A stretch of DNA of 64,000 bases from a virus (IMGVR_UViG_3300022602_004807:3753-67752); one strand, 5' to 3'; positions 28,855 through 38,294 are shown, counted from the first letter of the stretch. Notes: generated from the sequence alone by a model not told the origin. Numbers and translations: made by a program.

Positions 28855-29366
28855 GCGGTCTTGACCTCTTTGGGGTACCAAGCCTTCGAATACTCCCAAG
28901 AGGCGATCTTCTTGGACTCGAAGACGTCGTCCTGGTAGAGCAGGTCGACCTCGTCCTTGGTGGCGCCGATCTCTGCTGCAATCTCAGCCGGGTCGAAGTG
29001 GTGGGTGTCGATCAGCTCGTGAATGATCTTGGACATGCGCACGGCGACATGAGAGCCCTTGGCCCTGTTCATGCGGATGGTCAGGATCATGGCCTCCTCG
29101 CGGGAGACATCCAGCACTGCGCAGGGCACCTTGCCGCCCCACTTGGCCTGCAGCGCCTTGCTCTGGCGTGACAGGGTGGTGCGATGGAAGCCGTCGATGA
29201 TGGTGCCGTCCTTGGTGATCAGCACCGGCTGCACCCATCCTGTCAGCAGGATGGAGCGCTCGAGGAGCGCCATTTCAGGGCCGAAGACGACGTTGGGATT
29301 GTAGTCATTGGCGTTCAGCTCCATCGCGTCGCGCCATTCGATGTTCTCAATTGGATCCGACTGCAT
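28851..29366 (-). CDS. ibrB: IbrB-like ParB/Srx protein
   Basis: NDYNPN.V..PE..LL..SI...GW.QP, IIDGFHR, TIR.NRAKGSH motifs. Confidence 0.85.
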   Translation of the reverse strand: MQSDPIENIEWRDAMELNANDYNPNVVFGPEMALLERSILLTGWVQPVLITKDGTIIDGFHRTTLSRQSKALQAKWGGKVPCAVLDVSREEAMILTIRMNRAKGSHVAVRMSKIIHELIDTHHFDPAEIAAEIGATKDEVDLLYQDDVFESKKIASWEYSKAWYPKEVKTA

Positions 29367-30421
29367 TACTTCGCTCCGACCAGCGGCATGATGTTTCGCT
29401 TGAACCCGCCGCCCATGAAGACCCCGAGCAGATAGTCGGGCGGGTAGTTGCCAGCCTGGCGCTGCACCCGCTTCATGACGTCCTCAAAGCGACCGACTGC
29501 CAGCCGGTACTGCACGGGATCGGTGATGTTCTCCTCGATCCATGACCTCACGCCCTCGTAGGACTGGCCGTAGATCTTCTGGGTCCGTGTTTTGTCGAGA
29601 TCGTGGTTGTAGCGCTCGTGGGCGAGCATCTCGGGAAAGATCTCGATGATCCTCTGGTAGAACTCCGGCGTCTGATGCCGGACCATTCCGAACCTCTTGG
29701 CGCTCTCTGCGTGCAGGGGCGTCGAGACGCGCATGGCGTTGCCCGCATAGAGCTGGATGTCATAGACCGGGCAATAGCTGATCTGCCGGTCGTAGAAGTA
29801 CCGGAAGATGTCGTTCTCCTGCCAGTCGAACAGCGGCCAGCAGAGGTTCACGTTGGGCGCAGGCGAGCCAAGGATATAGTTCTCGTTCATCTTCGAGACC
29901 GCACCGCGGAATCGCATCAGGCTCTCAGCTGCCCGGACCCCAAGCAGGAAGGCCGTTTTGCCCCGGAAGAACTGGCCCGTGTAGGCGTCCATCGAATACT
30001 GGTCGAAGATCATCTTGGGATCTTCGGCGTTGCGGCCCCATGCGGGCTTGGGGCGCACCCAGCGATCGGGCCCGCGCTCGGGATCCCACTGGATGTAGGT
30101 GAAGGTGCGGCCCAGCACGTATTTGTTGCTCTTGAGCGGCACGGTGAACCAGATCATCCGGATCCAGTCCTTTTGCCGGTACTCGTCGACGAAGTTCACC
30201 ACCTCGTCAGGGATCAGCTCCTCGTCTCGGAAGACCACGTCGATGGGGGTGTCGACCCCACGCTCGAGCATGACCTCACGGGCCAGATGCAGGACGGCCA
30301 GCGAATCCTTGCCGCCCGAGAACATGACCGCGACGCTGTCGAAGATGTCGAAGATGTGGTGCAGCCGGGCCTTGGCCTCGGTCAGCACGTCGGTTTCGAT
30401 GTGACCCTTAACGCGCGGCAA
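29366..30421 (-). CDS. ibrA: IbrA-like PAPS-reductase/PP-loop family protein
   Basis: FSGGKDS PP-loop, F.D.E, GVRAAES..R, PLFDW..NDI, MRV motifs; directly upstream of ibrB-like gene. Confidence 0.85.
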   Translation of the reverse strand: MPRVKGHIETDVLTEAKARLHHIFDIFDSVAVMFSGGKDSLAVLHLAREVMLERGVDTPIDVVFRDEELIPDEVVNFVDEYRQKDWIRMIWFTVPLKSNKYVLGRTFTYIQWDPERGPDRWVRPKPAWGRNAEDPKMIFDQYSMDAYTGQFFRGKTAFLLGVRAAESLMRFRGAVSKMNENYILGSPAPNVNLCWPLFDWQENDIFRYFYDRQISYCPVYDIQLYAGNAMRVSTPLHAESAKRFGMVRHQTPEFYQRIIEIFPEMLAHERYNHDLDKTRTQKIYGQSYEGVRSWIEENITDPVQYRLAVGRFEDVMKRVQRQAGNYPPDYLLGVFMGGGFKRNIMPLVGAK

Positions 30422-31004
30422 TGTGGCCTCCCTCCGTCAGGAAGGCCAGCAGGCGCTCGCCCAGCGTTTCGATCTCCGGGTATTCGCCCTTGAGCCGGCG
30501 CATGAAGGTGAACCACGTCTTGCGCTGGTCCTCGTCCTCGAAGATCAGGTTGTACTGCAGGCTGGTGGCACCCTGCCCCTTGCGCTCCTGCACCTGGGGC
30601 TCAGGTTCCCTTCCCATCACGGCGTCCACGTCGGCAAAGCCGAGCAGGTTCAGGTCGAAGCCGGTCAGCTCCAGATCCTTGACCTCGATGCGCAGGACGT
30701 CGAAGTCCCAGCCCGCCTCGATGGCCAGCTGGTTATCGGCGATCAGATAGGTCCGCTTCTGTGCCGGTGTGAGCCCTGAGAGCTCGATGACCGGCACCTC
30801 CTGCATCTTGAGGTGCTTGGCAGCGGCGAGGCGGCCATGGCCTGCGATGATGCCATTGTCCCCGTCCACGAGGATGGGAGCAGTCCAGCCGAATTCCTTG
30901 ATGGAGGCGGCGATCTGCTCGACCTGTTCCTTGGGGTGCTTGCGGGCGTTGCGGATGTAGGGGGTCAGGTCGGAGACCTTGCGATACTGGACGGCGAGCG
31001 TCAT
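30408..31004 (-). CDS. ParB/Srx-like protein (paralogue 2)
   Basis: L.PY..NA.KH..QV..IA.SI.EFG...PI, IIAGHGR, IADN motifs; ATG at 31004. Confidence 0.88.
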   Translation of the reverse strand: MTLAVQYRKVSDLTPYIRNARKHPKEQVEQIAASIKEFGWTAPILVDGDNGIIAGHGRLAAAKHLKMQEVPVIELSGLTPAQKRTYLIADNQLAIEAGWDFDVLRIEVKDLELTGFDLNLLGFADVDAVMGREPEPQVQERKGQGATSLQYNLIFEDEDQRKTWFTFMRRLKGEYPEIETLGERLLAFLTEGGHIAAR

Positions 31005-31621
31005 GCGGCACCTCCCTGTTTGACCCGGGCGAGGAAGGCGCAGATGCGGGCCGCAATGGTTGGGTGGGTGGGAAACTCCTGCTGCAGGCGGCGGATGAAC
31101 TCGAACCACGCTTGCTGCTGCTCGGTGTTGTCGAAGGTGATGTTGAACTTGATGGCTGGCGTCTTCCACGTCTGGACCGGGTCTTTGGCCTCCAGCATGG
31201 ACAGGTCGAGGTTGCCGAGCAGGCTGAGGTCGATTCCCTCGTCCTTGAGCTCGGGCACCTCGATGGCCAGCGCATCGAAGTCCCAAGAGGCGTTGAGCGC
31301 GATCTGGTTGTCGGCCACCACGTAGGCGCGCTTTTGGGCCTCGGTCAGCCCATGCAGCTCGATTACGGGCACCTTGTCCATGCCCAGGAGCTTGGCGGCT
31401 GCCATGCGCCCATGCCCGGCGACGATGCCATTCTGGCCGTCGATCAGGATGGGGTTGGTCCAGCCGAAGGTCTCGATGGACTTGGCGATGGCCGCAACCT
31501 GCTCGGGTGAGTGCGTCCGTGAATTGCGGGTGTAGGGCACGAGCTCGCTAAGCTTGCGATACTCGACCTTGAGGCGCCCGATAGGCTCTGCAAGTGTACT
31601 CGGTGATGGTTTCTTTGCCAT
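31001..31621 (-). CDS. ParB/Srx-like protein (paralogue 1)
   Basis: Same motifs (VAGHGR, VADNQ) and same C-terminal F....Q...WF.F.RRL..E.P domain. Confidence 0.88.
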   Translation of the reverse strand: MAKKPSPSTLAEPIGRLKVEYRKLSELVPYTRNSRTHSPEQVAAIAKSIETFGWTNPILIDGQNGIVAGHGRMAAAKLLGMDKVPVIELHGLTEAQKRAYVVADNQIALNASWDFDALAIEVPELKDEGIDLSLLGNLDLSMLEAKDPVQTWKTPAIKFNITFDNTEQQQAWFEFIRRLQQEFPTHPTIAARICAFLARVKQGGAA

Positions 31622-31653
31622 TACTCGACCCGTCAAAGAAAGTTCATGAATTA

Positions 31654-31667
31654 TCGGATATTTCCGA
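31654..31667. promoter_or_regulatory. Operator TCGGATATTTCCGA
   Basis: TCGGA-N4-TCCGA inverted repeat just upstream of TTGACT. Confidence 0.75.
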
Positions 31668-31675
31668 CAAAGTTA

Positions 31676-31737
31676 TTGACTGTGCCTGTGGGTAGGCCAG
31701 TATAGGTACATCGGAAACATGCTCACTGCCACGGAGC
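31676..31737 (+). promoter_or_regulatory. Sigma70-like promoter + TGCCAC leader hairpin
   Basis: TTGACT-N16-CAGTAT; GCTC-ACTGCCACG-GAGC hairpin over RBS. Confidence 0.65.
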
Positions 31738-31743
31738 CCAACG

Positions 31744-32199
31744 ATGACCAAGATCTCCCCCCGCCGCGCAAAGACCCTCGCCGCCCGCGCCAGCCGTCGT
31801 GAGCTGGACGCCGCTCGCTTCTCCTCCGTCGTGAAGGCGATCACCCACAAGCCGGTGTTCGTCGAAGCCGAAGATGGCCAGCGCATCCGCGTGTGGAGCG
31901 ACTGCACGACCGACGCCGCCGGCCGCAAGGTGATCTCGCTGGACGTGGTCCGCGACGAAGACGTGCGCGCCTGGCTGCTGGGCAACCGGGTGACCTCGAT
32001 CCGCGAGGGCCTGGAGTTCGTCCACGAGAAGTACGCTCGCGGCATGATCCGCGACGGCTTCCTGCGCCCTGACAGCTGCGATCCGCATCAGCTCTGGATC
32101 ACCGACAAGGCCGCCGAGCGCTTCAACCTGCCCCCTGTGATGGGCTGCAAGTTTCCGCCCGCCACCGGCACTGTCGGCCGCTTGGCTCAGGCCGCTTGA
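31744..32199 (+). CDS. Hypothetical protein
   Basis: 151 aa, strong GC3 bias, GGAG RBS. Confidence 0.8.
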   Translation: MTKISPRRAKTLAARASRRELDAARFSSVVKAITHKPVFVEAEDGQRIRVWSDCTTDAAGRKVISLDVVRDEDVRAWLLGNRVTSIREGLEFVHEKYARGMIRDGFLRPDSCDPHQLWITDKAAERFNLPPVMGCKFPPATGTVGRLAQAA

Positions 32200-32209
32200 G
32201 GAGGGCGAG

Positions 32210-33079
32210 ATGCAGATCGAACACTGCCGCGTCCGGCCCAATCCCGACCAGCCCCGCAAGACCTTCGACCGCCGCGAGCTCGAGGACCTCGCGGCCTCCA
32301 TCAAGGAGAACGGCCTGCTCCAGCCGATCACCGTGCGCCCCCTCCATGGGGGCTATGAGATCATCGCGGGCGAGCGCAGGTGGCGCGCCCATGGGCTCCT
32401 GATCGAGCAGGGCTATGAGCCCGCCAAGATCGTGACCTGCAACGTCGTCGAAATGGACGACATGACCCGCGACATCGCCGCGATCATCGAGAACCTGCAG
32501 CGCGTCGACGTCCTGCCGCTCGAGGAGGGCCGGGCGTTCCAGCGGATGCTGGACCTGGGGATGAGCGTCGAGGAGCTGGCCAAGAAGCTCGGCCGGCCCG
32601 TGTGGCGCGTGGAGGAGCGGGTCAGGCTGATGAACCTCGACCCCGGCATCCAGAAGCTGTGCGAGGGTGGCTTTGACCACCATGTTGCCCAAGAGATCGC
32701 CCGCCTGCCCCGCCATGCCGATCAGGTGGCGCTGGTGCAGATGTGGAACCGTGGGTCGATCGTCGGATTCAAGGCGCTCAAGGCGGCGGTGAACGCCAAG
32801 CTCGAAGCCCTGTCCCAGAGCGATATGTTCGGAGACGCCCCGCGCGTCAGCGATGCCGACGTCGAGGTTGTGAGGTCCATGGAAGCCAAGATCGAACGCA
32901 TGGCCGCCCTCGCCGCTGCTGGCTGGAAAGACGGTGAGTGCCTGGTCGCCAGCAAGGTCAGCCGTGACCGCGCCGCCCTGATGGCCGACAAGATCAAGGC
33001 CATGCGCTCTGCCCTGTTCGCCATGGAAGGCGATCTCAGAGCCGCTGCCGCTCAGGCCGAAATCGTCCTCGCCGCCTGA
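32210..33079 (+). CDS. parB: ParB/Spo0J family protein
   Basis: PNPDQPRK.F, GLLQPI.VR, IIAGERRWRA, ENLQR.D, HTH. Confidence 0.92.
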   Translation: MQIEHCRVRPNPDQPRKTFDRRELEDLAASIKENGLLQPITVRPLHGGYEIIAGERRWRAHGLLIEQGYEPAKIVTCNVVEMDDMTRDIAAIIENLQRVDVLPLEEGRAFQRMLDLGMSVEELAKKLGRPVWRVEERVRLMNLDPGIQKLCEGGFDHHVAQEIARLPRHADQVALVQMWNRGSIVGFKALKAAVNAKLEALSQSDMFGDAPRVSDADVEVVRSMEAKIERMAALAAAGWKDGECLVASKVSRDRAALMADKIKAMRSALFAMEGDLRAAAAQAEIVLAA

Positions 33080-33296
33080 GCGTCACGACCAATTCCCGCC
33101 CGCCTCCAGACGGCTTGATCAGGAGGCGGGCGAGCTGTTGGCCGCAGGGCTTTGCGGTTGCTCTCTTTTTTGGGTCAAGGGGCAGAGCAGAGGCGAGCGC
33201 CCCCTCTGCTGAATTTTTCTCGAAGCCTTGAGTTTTTTAAGAGAAATCCGTCCCTCAAAAAGGTCGGAAATAGCCCCTTGAAATACTCGAAAGCAT

Positions 33297-33355
33297 TTGA
33301 CCTGTGTCGGAGATTTCCTACTATAGATTTATAGGAAATAAGCTCTGCCACGGAG
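33297..33355 (+). promoter_or_regulatory. Sigma70-like promoter with operator in spacer + TGCCAC leader
   Basis: TTGACC(33297)-N16-TACTAT; TCGGAGATTTCCTA 33307-33320; CTCTGCCACGGAG 33343-33355. Confidence 0.75.
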
Positions 33356-33362
33356 ACCTAAG

Positions 33363-33551
33363 ATGACCGCAACCTTCCCCTTCAAGAACGAGATGCCTTC
33401 TCAGGAAGCCTTTGACCACATGAGCGATGCGGGGTTCTGCGACTGGTGGGATGCTTTCATTGAGCGTGTGCAGGCGCAGGCGACCAGCGAAGACGAAGTT
33501 GATGCCGCGTGCGCCGCTCGTGCGGACGCTGAAACTGCCCGTGGCTGGTGA
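33363..33551 (+). CDS. Hypothetical protein
   Basis: 62 aa acidic, RBS. Confidence 0.7.
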   Translation: MTATFPFKNEMPSQEAFDHMSDAGFCDWWDAFIERVQAQATSEDEVDAACAARADAETARGW

Positions 33552-33562
33552 GGGAGGCGACC

Positions 33563-33829
33563 ATGATGCCAGTCGGCCAAATCTTCACCCATCGTATCCT
33601 GCGCCCTTGGGTCTCCGAGGGTGTCAGGGGCACCGAGATCGCCACCTACCGCTGCCGGGTGACCCGGCGCAACCAGTGGCAGATCGAGTTCGAGAACCTT
33701 GAGCGCCTTTCGGTCGAGGATCCCCTGCCCGGCACCGATGGCGCCCTGTCCCCCGGCGGCGGCATGACCGTCGCCTGGGCGAAGAAGCTGATCGAACGTG
33801 GGCTGATCCTGCTTGAGGAGGGCCTGTGA
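33563..33829 (+). CDS. Hypothetical protein
   Basis: GGAGG RBS, coupled to next gene. Confidence 0.7.
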   Translation: MMPVGQIFTHRILRPWVSEGVRGTEIATYRCRVTRRNQWQIEFENLERLSVEDPLPGTDGALSPGGGMTVAWAKKLIERGLILLEEGL

Positions 33830-34557
33830 TGCTCGACCTGTTCTCCCCGCTCAAGACGGACGTGCGGCTGGCCAAGCGCCCGCTGCGCGTCTTAATTGGC
33901 TGCGAGTTCTCCGGCGTTGTTCGGAGAGCCTTCGATGCCCTGGGCCATGATGCTTGGTCCTGCGACCTGCTCAAGGCCGAAGACGGCTCCAACAAGCATC
34001 TGGTGGGCGACGTCCGCCAATTCCTCGGGATGGGCTGGGACCTGCTGTTCCTCGCTCATCCGCCCTGCACCCGCCTCTGCCTGTCTGGCGTTCGGTGGCT
34101 GCATGTTCCGCCGCCGGGCAAGACGCTCGAGCAAATGTGGGCCGAGCTCGACGAGGCCGCAGCTCTGTTCTCGGACTGCTGGAACGCGGACCAGACCCAC
34201 GGGATTCCGCGAGTGGCTGTCGAGAACCCGATCATGCACCGCCATGCGCGGGAGCGGATCAAGAACTACCCGACCAAGGACCAGATGCAGACCGTCCAGC
34301 CATGGTGGTTTGGGGAGGAGGCCTTCAAGGCGACAACCCTGCACCTCAAGGGCCTACCTCCCCTCGCTCCCACCCAGCGGCTCGAACCGCCCAAGCCCGG
34401 CTCTGCCGAGCATAAGGCGTGGTCTTGGATCCATCTTATGCCGCGCGGCCCCAATCGCTGGAAGCTGCGGAGCCGGACGTTTCAGGGCGTTGCCGAGGCC
34501 ATGGCGATGCAGTGGGGCGGCTACGTCGAAGAACTCAACCTGTTTCGGAGAGGTTGA
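33826..34557 (+). CDS. Phage C5-cytosine DNA methyltransferase-like protein
   Basis: VLIGCEFSG, WSCD, HPPC, ENP, RSRTF.GVA.AMA.QW motifs. Confidence 0.8.
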   Translation: MMLDLFSPLKTDVRLAKRPLRVLIGCEFSGVVRRAFDALGHDAWSCDLLKAEDGSNKHLVGDVRQFLGMGWDLLFLAHPPCTRLCLSGVRWLHVPPPGKTLEQMWAELDEAAALFSDCWNADQTHGIPRVAVENPIMHRHARERIKNYPTKDQMQTVQPWWFGEEAFKATTLHLKGLPPLAPTQRLEPPKPGSAEHKAWSWIHLMPRGPNRWKLRSRTFQGVAEAMAMQWGGYVEELNLFRRG

Positions 34558-34559
34558 GT

Positions 34560-34934
34560 TTAGGGAGCAGGCTCAGCTGGCGGGGGCGCGACGGCCTCGA
34601 TCTTCGCTTTGATAGCTGCAAGTTCGTCAGCAGCCTGGCCGATGCGCGGATCTTCCTGACCGGCGGCGGCGAGCTTGGCGGCCACGTCGGCATGAAGGGC
34701 GATGAGGCGATCCACGGCGGGAGCGATGCCGGAGACTGTGGCCTGGAGATCGTCGATGCGAGCCATGATGTTGGTCCTTTCAGCGTGAAGGGTGTTGGCA
34801 AACTCCTCTCGGAGCGCCGTGATGATCTGGGCTATTTCGCCGTGAACGCGGTCGATGTCGCCGGTGGGAACCAGCCGAGGCCGTTGTAGGCGGCAACGGA
34901 AGCAGGTGCAGGCGTCGGCGTGCTCGTCCTGCAT
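34560..34934 (-). CDS. Hypothetical coiled-coil protein with CxCxxC
   Basis: AAGGA RBS; 124 aa. Confidence 0.6.
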   Translation of the reverse strand: MQDEHADACTCFRCRLQRPRLVPTGDIDRVHGEIAQIITALREEFANTLHAERTNIMARIDDLQATVSGIAPAVDRLIALHADVAAKLAAAGQEDPRIGQAADELAAIKAKIEAVAPPPAEPAP

Positions 34935-34950
34935 CTCGACAATTCCTTGA

Positions 34951-35280
34951 TTATCGCTCGGGCGGATAAGGCGCGTAGGGAGCCGGCGGGCGGGTCGGTG
35001 GTCCAAGGGCAATCTTGGTCGCTTCCTCGCCCTTCAACCAGCGCCGGACCTCTTCCGCGAAAATGTTGTCGGCCAAAGGGTCGATGAAGACCCGATCCTT
35101 GGGTGTATGCCGCAGGGCCGGCAGGGTGTCGGCGCTGAGGTACTGCCAGATGACGGTGTAGGCGAGCCGCTCGCTGCGATTCCTGAGATCCTGGAACAGG
35201 CGCGTGCGGCGTTCGTGCGACTGCACGATCAACCAGAGCGGCTTGCCGTCATCCGGCAGGGAGCTGGCAAAGCTGGTCAT
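34951..35280 (-). CDS. Hypothetical protein
   Basis: 109 aa, ATGA-coupled to upstream gene. Confidence 0.55.
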   Translation of the reverse strand: MTSFASSLPDDGKPLWLIVQSHERRTRLFQDLRNRSERLAYTVIWQYLSADTLPALRHTPKDRVFIDPLADNIFAEEVRRWLKGEEATKIALGPPTRPPAPYAPYPPER

Positions 35281-35465
35281 TCGAGTCCGAGCTCAACAAG
35301 GATTCCGAGAGAGGCGACGATCCACGTCAGGACGATCAGTCCGGCGAGGACGACAATCTTGCGTTTTGGCACCGGGTCATCCTCACAGGGCGACATCGAC
35401 AGTTCCGGCCACCAGCAATCCTGAGCCTTGTAGAGGCTGCCGCAGTGCTCGCAGGGATGCCTCAT
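35277..35465 (-). CDS. Small membrane protein with Cys-rich N-terminus
   Basis: 62 aa, AAGGA RBS, C-terminal hydrophobic helix. Confidence 0.5.
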   Translation of the reverse strand: MRHPCEHCGSLYKAQDCWWPELSMSPCEDDPVPKRKIVVLAGLIVLTWIVASLGILVELGLE

Positions 35466-35482
35466 TTTCCTTGCCCTTGAAG

Positions 35483-35567
35483 TCGGATATATCCGATAAG
35501 CACTTTACCGTGCCTGCCGATATGGTAGATTGCTTTATCGGATTTATCCGATCTTCTGCCACGGAGA
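35483..35567 (+). promoter_or_regulatory. Two operators, promoter and TGCCAC leader hairpin
   Basis: TCGGATATATCCGA 35483-35496, TCGGATTTATCCGA 35538-35551, TTTACC-N16-TAGATT, TCTTC-TGCCAC-GGAGA. Confidence 0.8.
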
Positions 35568-35574
35568 CAAGACC

Positions 35575-35943
35575 ATGAAAACCTACCTGCCCATCGTGAC
35601 CTACGGATCCGAGCGGTATTTCCCGGAGACCAAGGTCAGCTACAGCCGCGATGACGCGAAGGACGATGTCTGGACCGGCCAGTTCGACGAGATCCATTCG
35701 GTGATCGAGGTCGACCTGACCACCGGCACCGCCATCGACGTGCTGCCCGAAATCATTGAGGAGCTGGCCTCCCGCTCATTCGCCAAGTGCCAGACGCCGC
35801 ACGACGCCTTGGCCGAGGCCATGGAGGAAGCCGGTCACGAGTTCTACGGGGCCGACGAGCGCCGCCGGGAGCAGCAGCATTGGGATCGCGTCAACTTCGA
35901 GATGCAGCTCGCCAAAGACCGGCGCGCTGGCCTTGAGCCTTGA
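35575..35943 (+). CDS. Hypothetical protein
   Basis: 122 aa acidic; ATG after leader/RBS. Confidence 0.8.
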   Translation: MKTYLPIVTYGSERYFPETKVSYSRDDAKDDVWTGQFDEIHSVIEVDLTTGTAIDVLPEIIEELASRSFAKCQTPHDALAEAMEEAGHEFYGADERRREQQHWDRVNFEMQLAKDRRAGLEP

Positions 35944-35953
35944 GGAGGTCACC

Positions 35954-36721
35954 ATGTCCGCGAAAGAGAACCTCCTCCGCCGCCTGAAGGCGTTACTTGC
36001 CAAGACCGTCGAGAACGGTGCGTCCGAAGCCGAAGCGATGTCCGCTCTGGCCAAGGCCCAAGAGATCATGCAGGCCCACGGCCTGAGCCAAGAAGCGATC
36101 GAGGCCGAGGCCTTCGTCGAGCAGCTGATCGAGAAGCGCGCCGCCCGCAAGTATGCGTGGCATAAGGACATCGCCTATGGCGTCGGCTGCTTCACCGGCA
36201 CCTACCCCTACATGCGCGAGGGCTATCAGGTCGTGTTCGCCGGGCGCGAGACCGCGACGATGTTCGCTGGCTGGCTCTGCGATGCGCTCGACGGCTTTGT
36301 GACCCGCAACGCCCTCGCCTACCTCAACGAGGCAGGTGGGGCGCGGGCCACCGGCACCAAGCGCAGCGTCTATGTGCCCGGGCAGGCCGATATGTTCGGC
36401 TCGTCCGCAGTCGTGAAGCGTGACCCCGAGACCGACTACCAGCGCCAGCAGCGCCTGCAGGCTTTCGCGATTGGCGTGTGCCAGCGCGTCACCCAGCGGC
36501 TCCGCGATCTGTCGACCACCGAATCCATGGAGCAGCGCAGGCTCGCCCAGAAGCGCCTGGAGGAGCAGGGCATGTCGTTTCAGCAGCGACGCAGCCATGG
36601 CCCTGACATCCGAGACCGTGCCGCCTACGAGGCCGGGCAGCGCGTTGGCGACAAGGCCACGTTCAACCGCCCGGTGGGTGGTGGAGCCGGTGGCGCACCA
36701 CTTCAGATCGGGAGGGCATGA
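35954..36721 (+). CDS. DUF2786-like protein
   Basis: LRRLKALLAKT..NGASEAEA.SA..KA.E.M..HGL N-terminal motif. Confidence 0.8.
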   Translation: MSAKENLLRRLKALLAKTVENGASEAEAMSALAKAQEIMQAHGLSQEAIEAEAFVEQLIEKRAARKYAWHKDIAYGVGCFTGTYPYMREGYQVVFAGRETATMFAGWLCDALDGFVTRNALAYLNEAGGARATGTKRSVYVPGQADMFGSSAVVKRDPETDYQRQQRLQAFAIGVCQRVTQRLRDLSTTESMEQRRLAQKRLEEQGMSFQQRRSHGPDIRDRAAYEAGQRVGDKATFNRPVGGGAGGAPLQIGRA

Positions 36722-37002
36722 TGACTGTGACCGAAATGGACGCAGACCTTGAGGACGCGCGCAGCTTCCTCTCGGTCACCCGGTTCGAGGTTCGCCGTTG
36801 CGAGCACGAGACCGTGACCAGCACCGCCCTGTGGGTGTTCGACGATGGCCGACAGATAGCCTGCATCGTGCGCAACGAGGGCAGCCTGTCCAAGTACCGC
36901 TGGCGCGCGAACAAGATGCGCAACAGCCAGCCGATCACCGAGATGCCGTTCCAGACGCTTGCGGGCGCCTGTGCCTACGTCATCGACTGCTGCGGGAGGT
37001 GA
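36718..37002 (+). CDS. Hypothetical protein
   Basis: Coupled ORF, GGGAGG RBS. Confidence 0.7.
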   Translation: MMTVTEMDADLEDARSFLSVTRFEVRRCEHETVTSTALWVFDDGRQIACIVRNEGSLSKYRWRANKMRNSQPITEMPFQTLAGACAYVIDCCGR

Positions 37003-37004
37003 GC

Positions 37005-37208
37005 ATGGCTTGGGCTATCGAAACTCGCTTCACCTACGGCTGGGAGAACGTCTTCCGTGAGGATGAAAAGCTGGTCACCTTTCCAAATTTTGAGGCGGCC
37101 GAGGACGCGCTCGACGATCACCTTGCCGATCTGCACGACGCCTTCCTGCGGCGTGAGATCGAAGATTACAGCGCAGGCGACTATCGCATCAGGGAGGTAG
37201 AGCCATGA
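37005..37208 (+). CDS. Hypothetical protein
   Basis: MAWAIETRF..GWENV; GGAGG RBS. Confidence 0.7.
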   Translation: MAWAIETRFTYGWENVFREDEKLVTFPNFEAAEDALDDHLADLHDAFLRREIEDYSAGDYRIREVEP

Positions 37209-37408
37209 CCCCATGGATCGCCTGCGGCACCGTCCTGTTCCTGATGCCCATCGTGCTTTGCTACTGGCGCTACGGGTCGATCGACGATGAAGCGTTCACC
37301 CGCTTCATGGCCGGCCTGTCTCTGCTCGACCATCTGCGACTGGTCAATGTCGTTCGCCTGGGCGGCGCAATGGCGCTGTTCGGGTTCCTGTCCCTGTTTC
37401 TTCGCTGA
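37205..37408 (+). CDS. Small membrane protein
   Basis: 67 aa, two hydrophobic segments. Confidence 0.65.
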   Translation: MTPWIACGTVLFLMPIVLCYWRYGSIDDEAFTRFMAGLSLLDHLRLVNVVRLGGAMALFGFLSLFLR

Positions 37409-37418
37409 GGAGGAACCG

Positions 37419-37610
37419 ATGCCCAAGAAGAAAGTCGTCGAAGTCATTGTCAAGCTGCGTGTACCGGCGTGGATGACCCCAAGCGAGGCGCGGCGCGAGG
37501 TGCGCACCCTCATCAATGAGCAGTGCAACTTCATGGCCTACGGGCCGGGATATGCCGATGTGTGCGTCCGAGCAGCCAGCGTTAAGTCAGCCAAGAGGAG
37601 CGCAAAATGA
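37419..37610 (+). CDS. Hypothetical protein
   Basis: GAGGAGG RBS. Confidence 0.7.
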   Translation: MPKKKVVEVIVKLRVPAWMTPSEARREVRTLINEQCNFMAYGPGYADVCVRAASVKSAKRSAK

Positions 37611-37861
37611 AAGTTTATCGGATCATCTGGCACAGCGACGTCGTCGACTTCTACGAGACGCTGGCCGAGGCCAAGCGCGCTGCCCGGGTGGGCGCTGACC
37701 GTGTTCGCATGACCGTCGAGGTCGACGAGGTCTTCGTCCGTCAGGACATCGGCGGGCGTGAGCTCGCGGTGAAGATGCTCAACGACGCCGGTTGGATCGA
37801 GCGTGAGCAGGTGGTGTTCACCGCCCGGCCTAAAGACCCAGCCGACATGGAGCCGGCGTGA
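37607..37861 (+). CDS. Hypothetical protein
   Basis: Coupled ORF, GAGGAG RBS. Confidence 0.7.
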   Translation: MKVYRIIWHSDVVDFYETLAEAKRAARVGADRVRMTVEVDEVFVRQDIGGRELAVKMLNDAGWIEREQVVFTARPKDPADMEPA

Positions 37862-37910
37862 ACCCAGCGGCGTGTCGGAGCTCTGGCCCCGGCAGTCCGA
37901 AGGGCTCACC

Positions 37911-37927
37911 CTTCATCTGCCACGGAG
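37911..37927 (+). promoter_or_regulatory. TGCCAC leader hairpin over RBS
   Basis: CTTC-ATCTGCCAC-GGAG; TCTGCCACGG starts 19 nt before ATG 37935. Confidence 0.7.
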
Positions 37928-37934
37928 AACAACC

Positions 37935-38294
37935 ATGACGAAGCGATACTGGAAAGTGTGCGAGCGATGCGGCTCGCGGGAAGTGACAAGCGACTGCCTC
38001 GCCCGATGGTGCGATGAGGCGCAGGAATGGGAAGTCAGCTCGCATCTGGATTTCAAAAACTGCGAGAGCGACGAGTGCATGGGCGATGAAACCGAGCTGG
38101 AAAGCCTTGAGATCATCCCCGATTGCGTCATCCCGGAAGCCATCCGCAAACTCGGCTGGTTCCTGAATGAGTGTGAGGATGGGACCTTCGCCGTGAAGAA
38201 CTTTCACGGCGATCCCGATGCAACAGGACCCTTCAGCCAACTCGCGGACGCCTACCTGTGGGCCCGGGCCAATCAGGAGAAAGCTGATGCCTAA
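37935..38294 (+). CDS. Zinc-ribbon-like hypothetical protein
   Basis: CERCGS.EV..D..A.W....Q.W..C...C. Confidence 0.75.
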   Translation: MTKRYWKVCERCGSREVTSDCLARWCDEAQEWEVSSHLDFKNCESDECMGDETELESLEIIPDCVIPEAIRKLGWFLNECEDGTFAVKNFHGDPDATGPFSQLADAYLWARANQEKADA

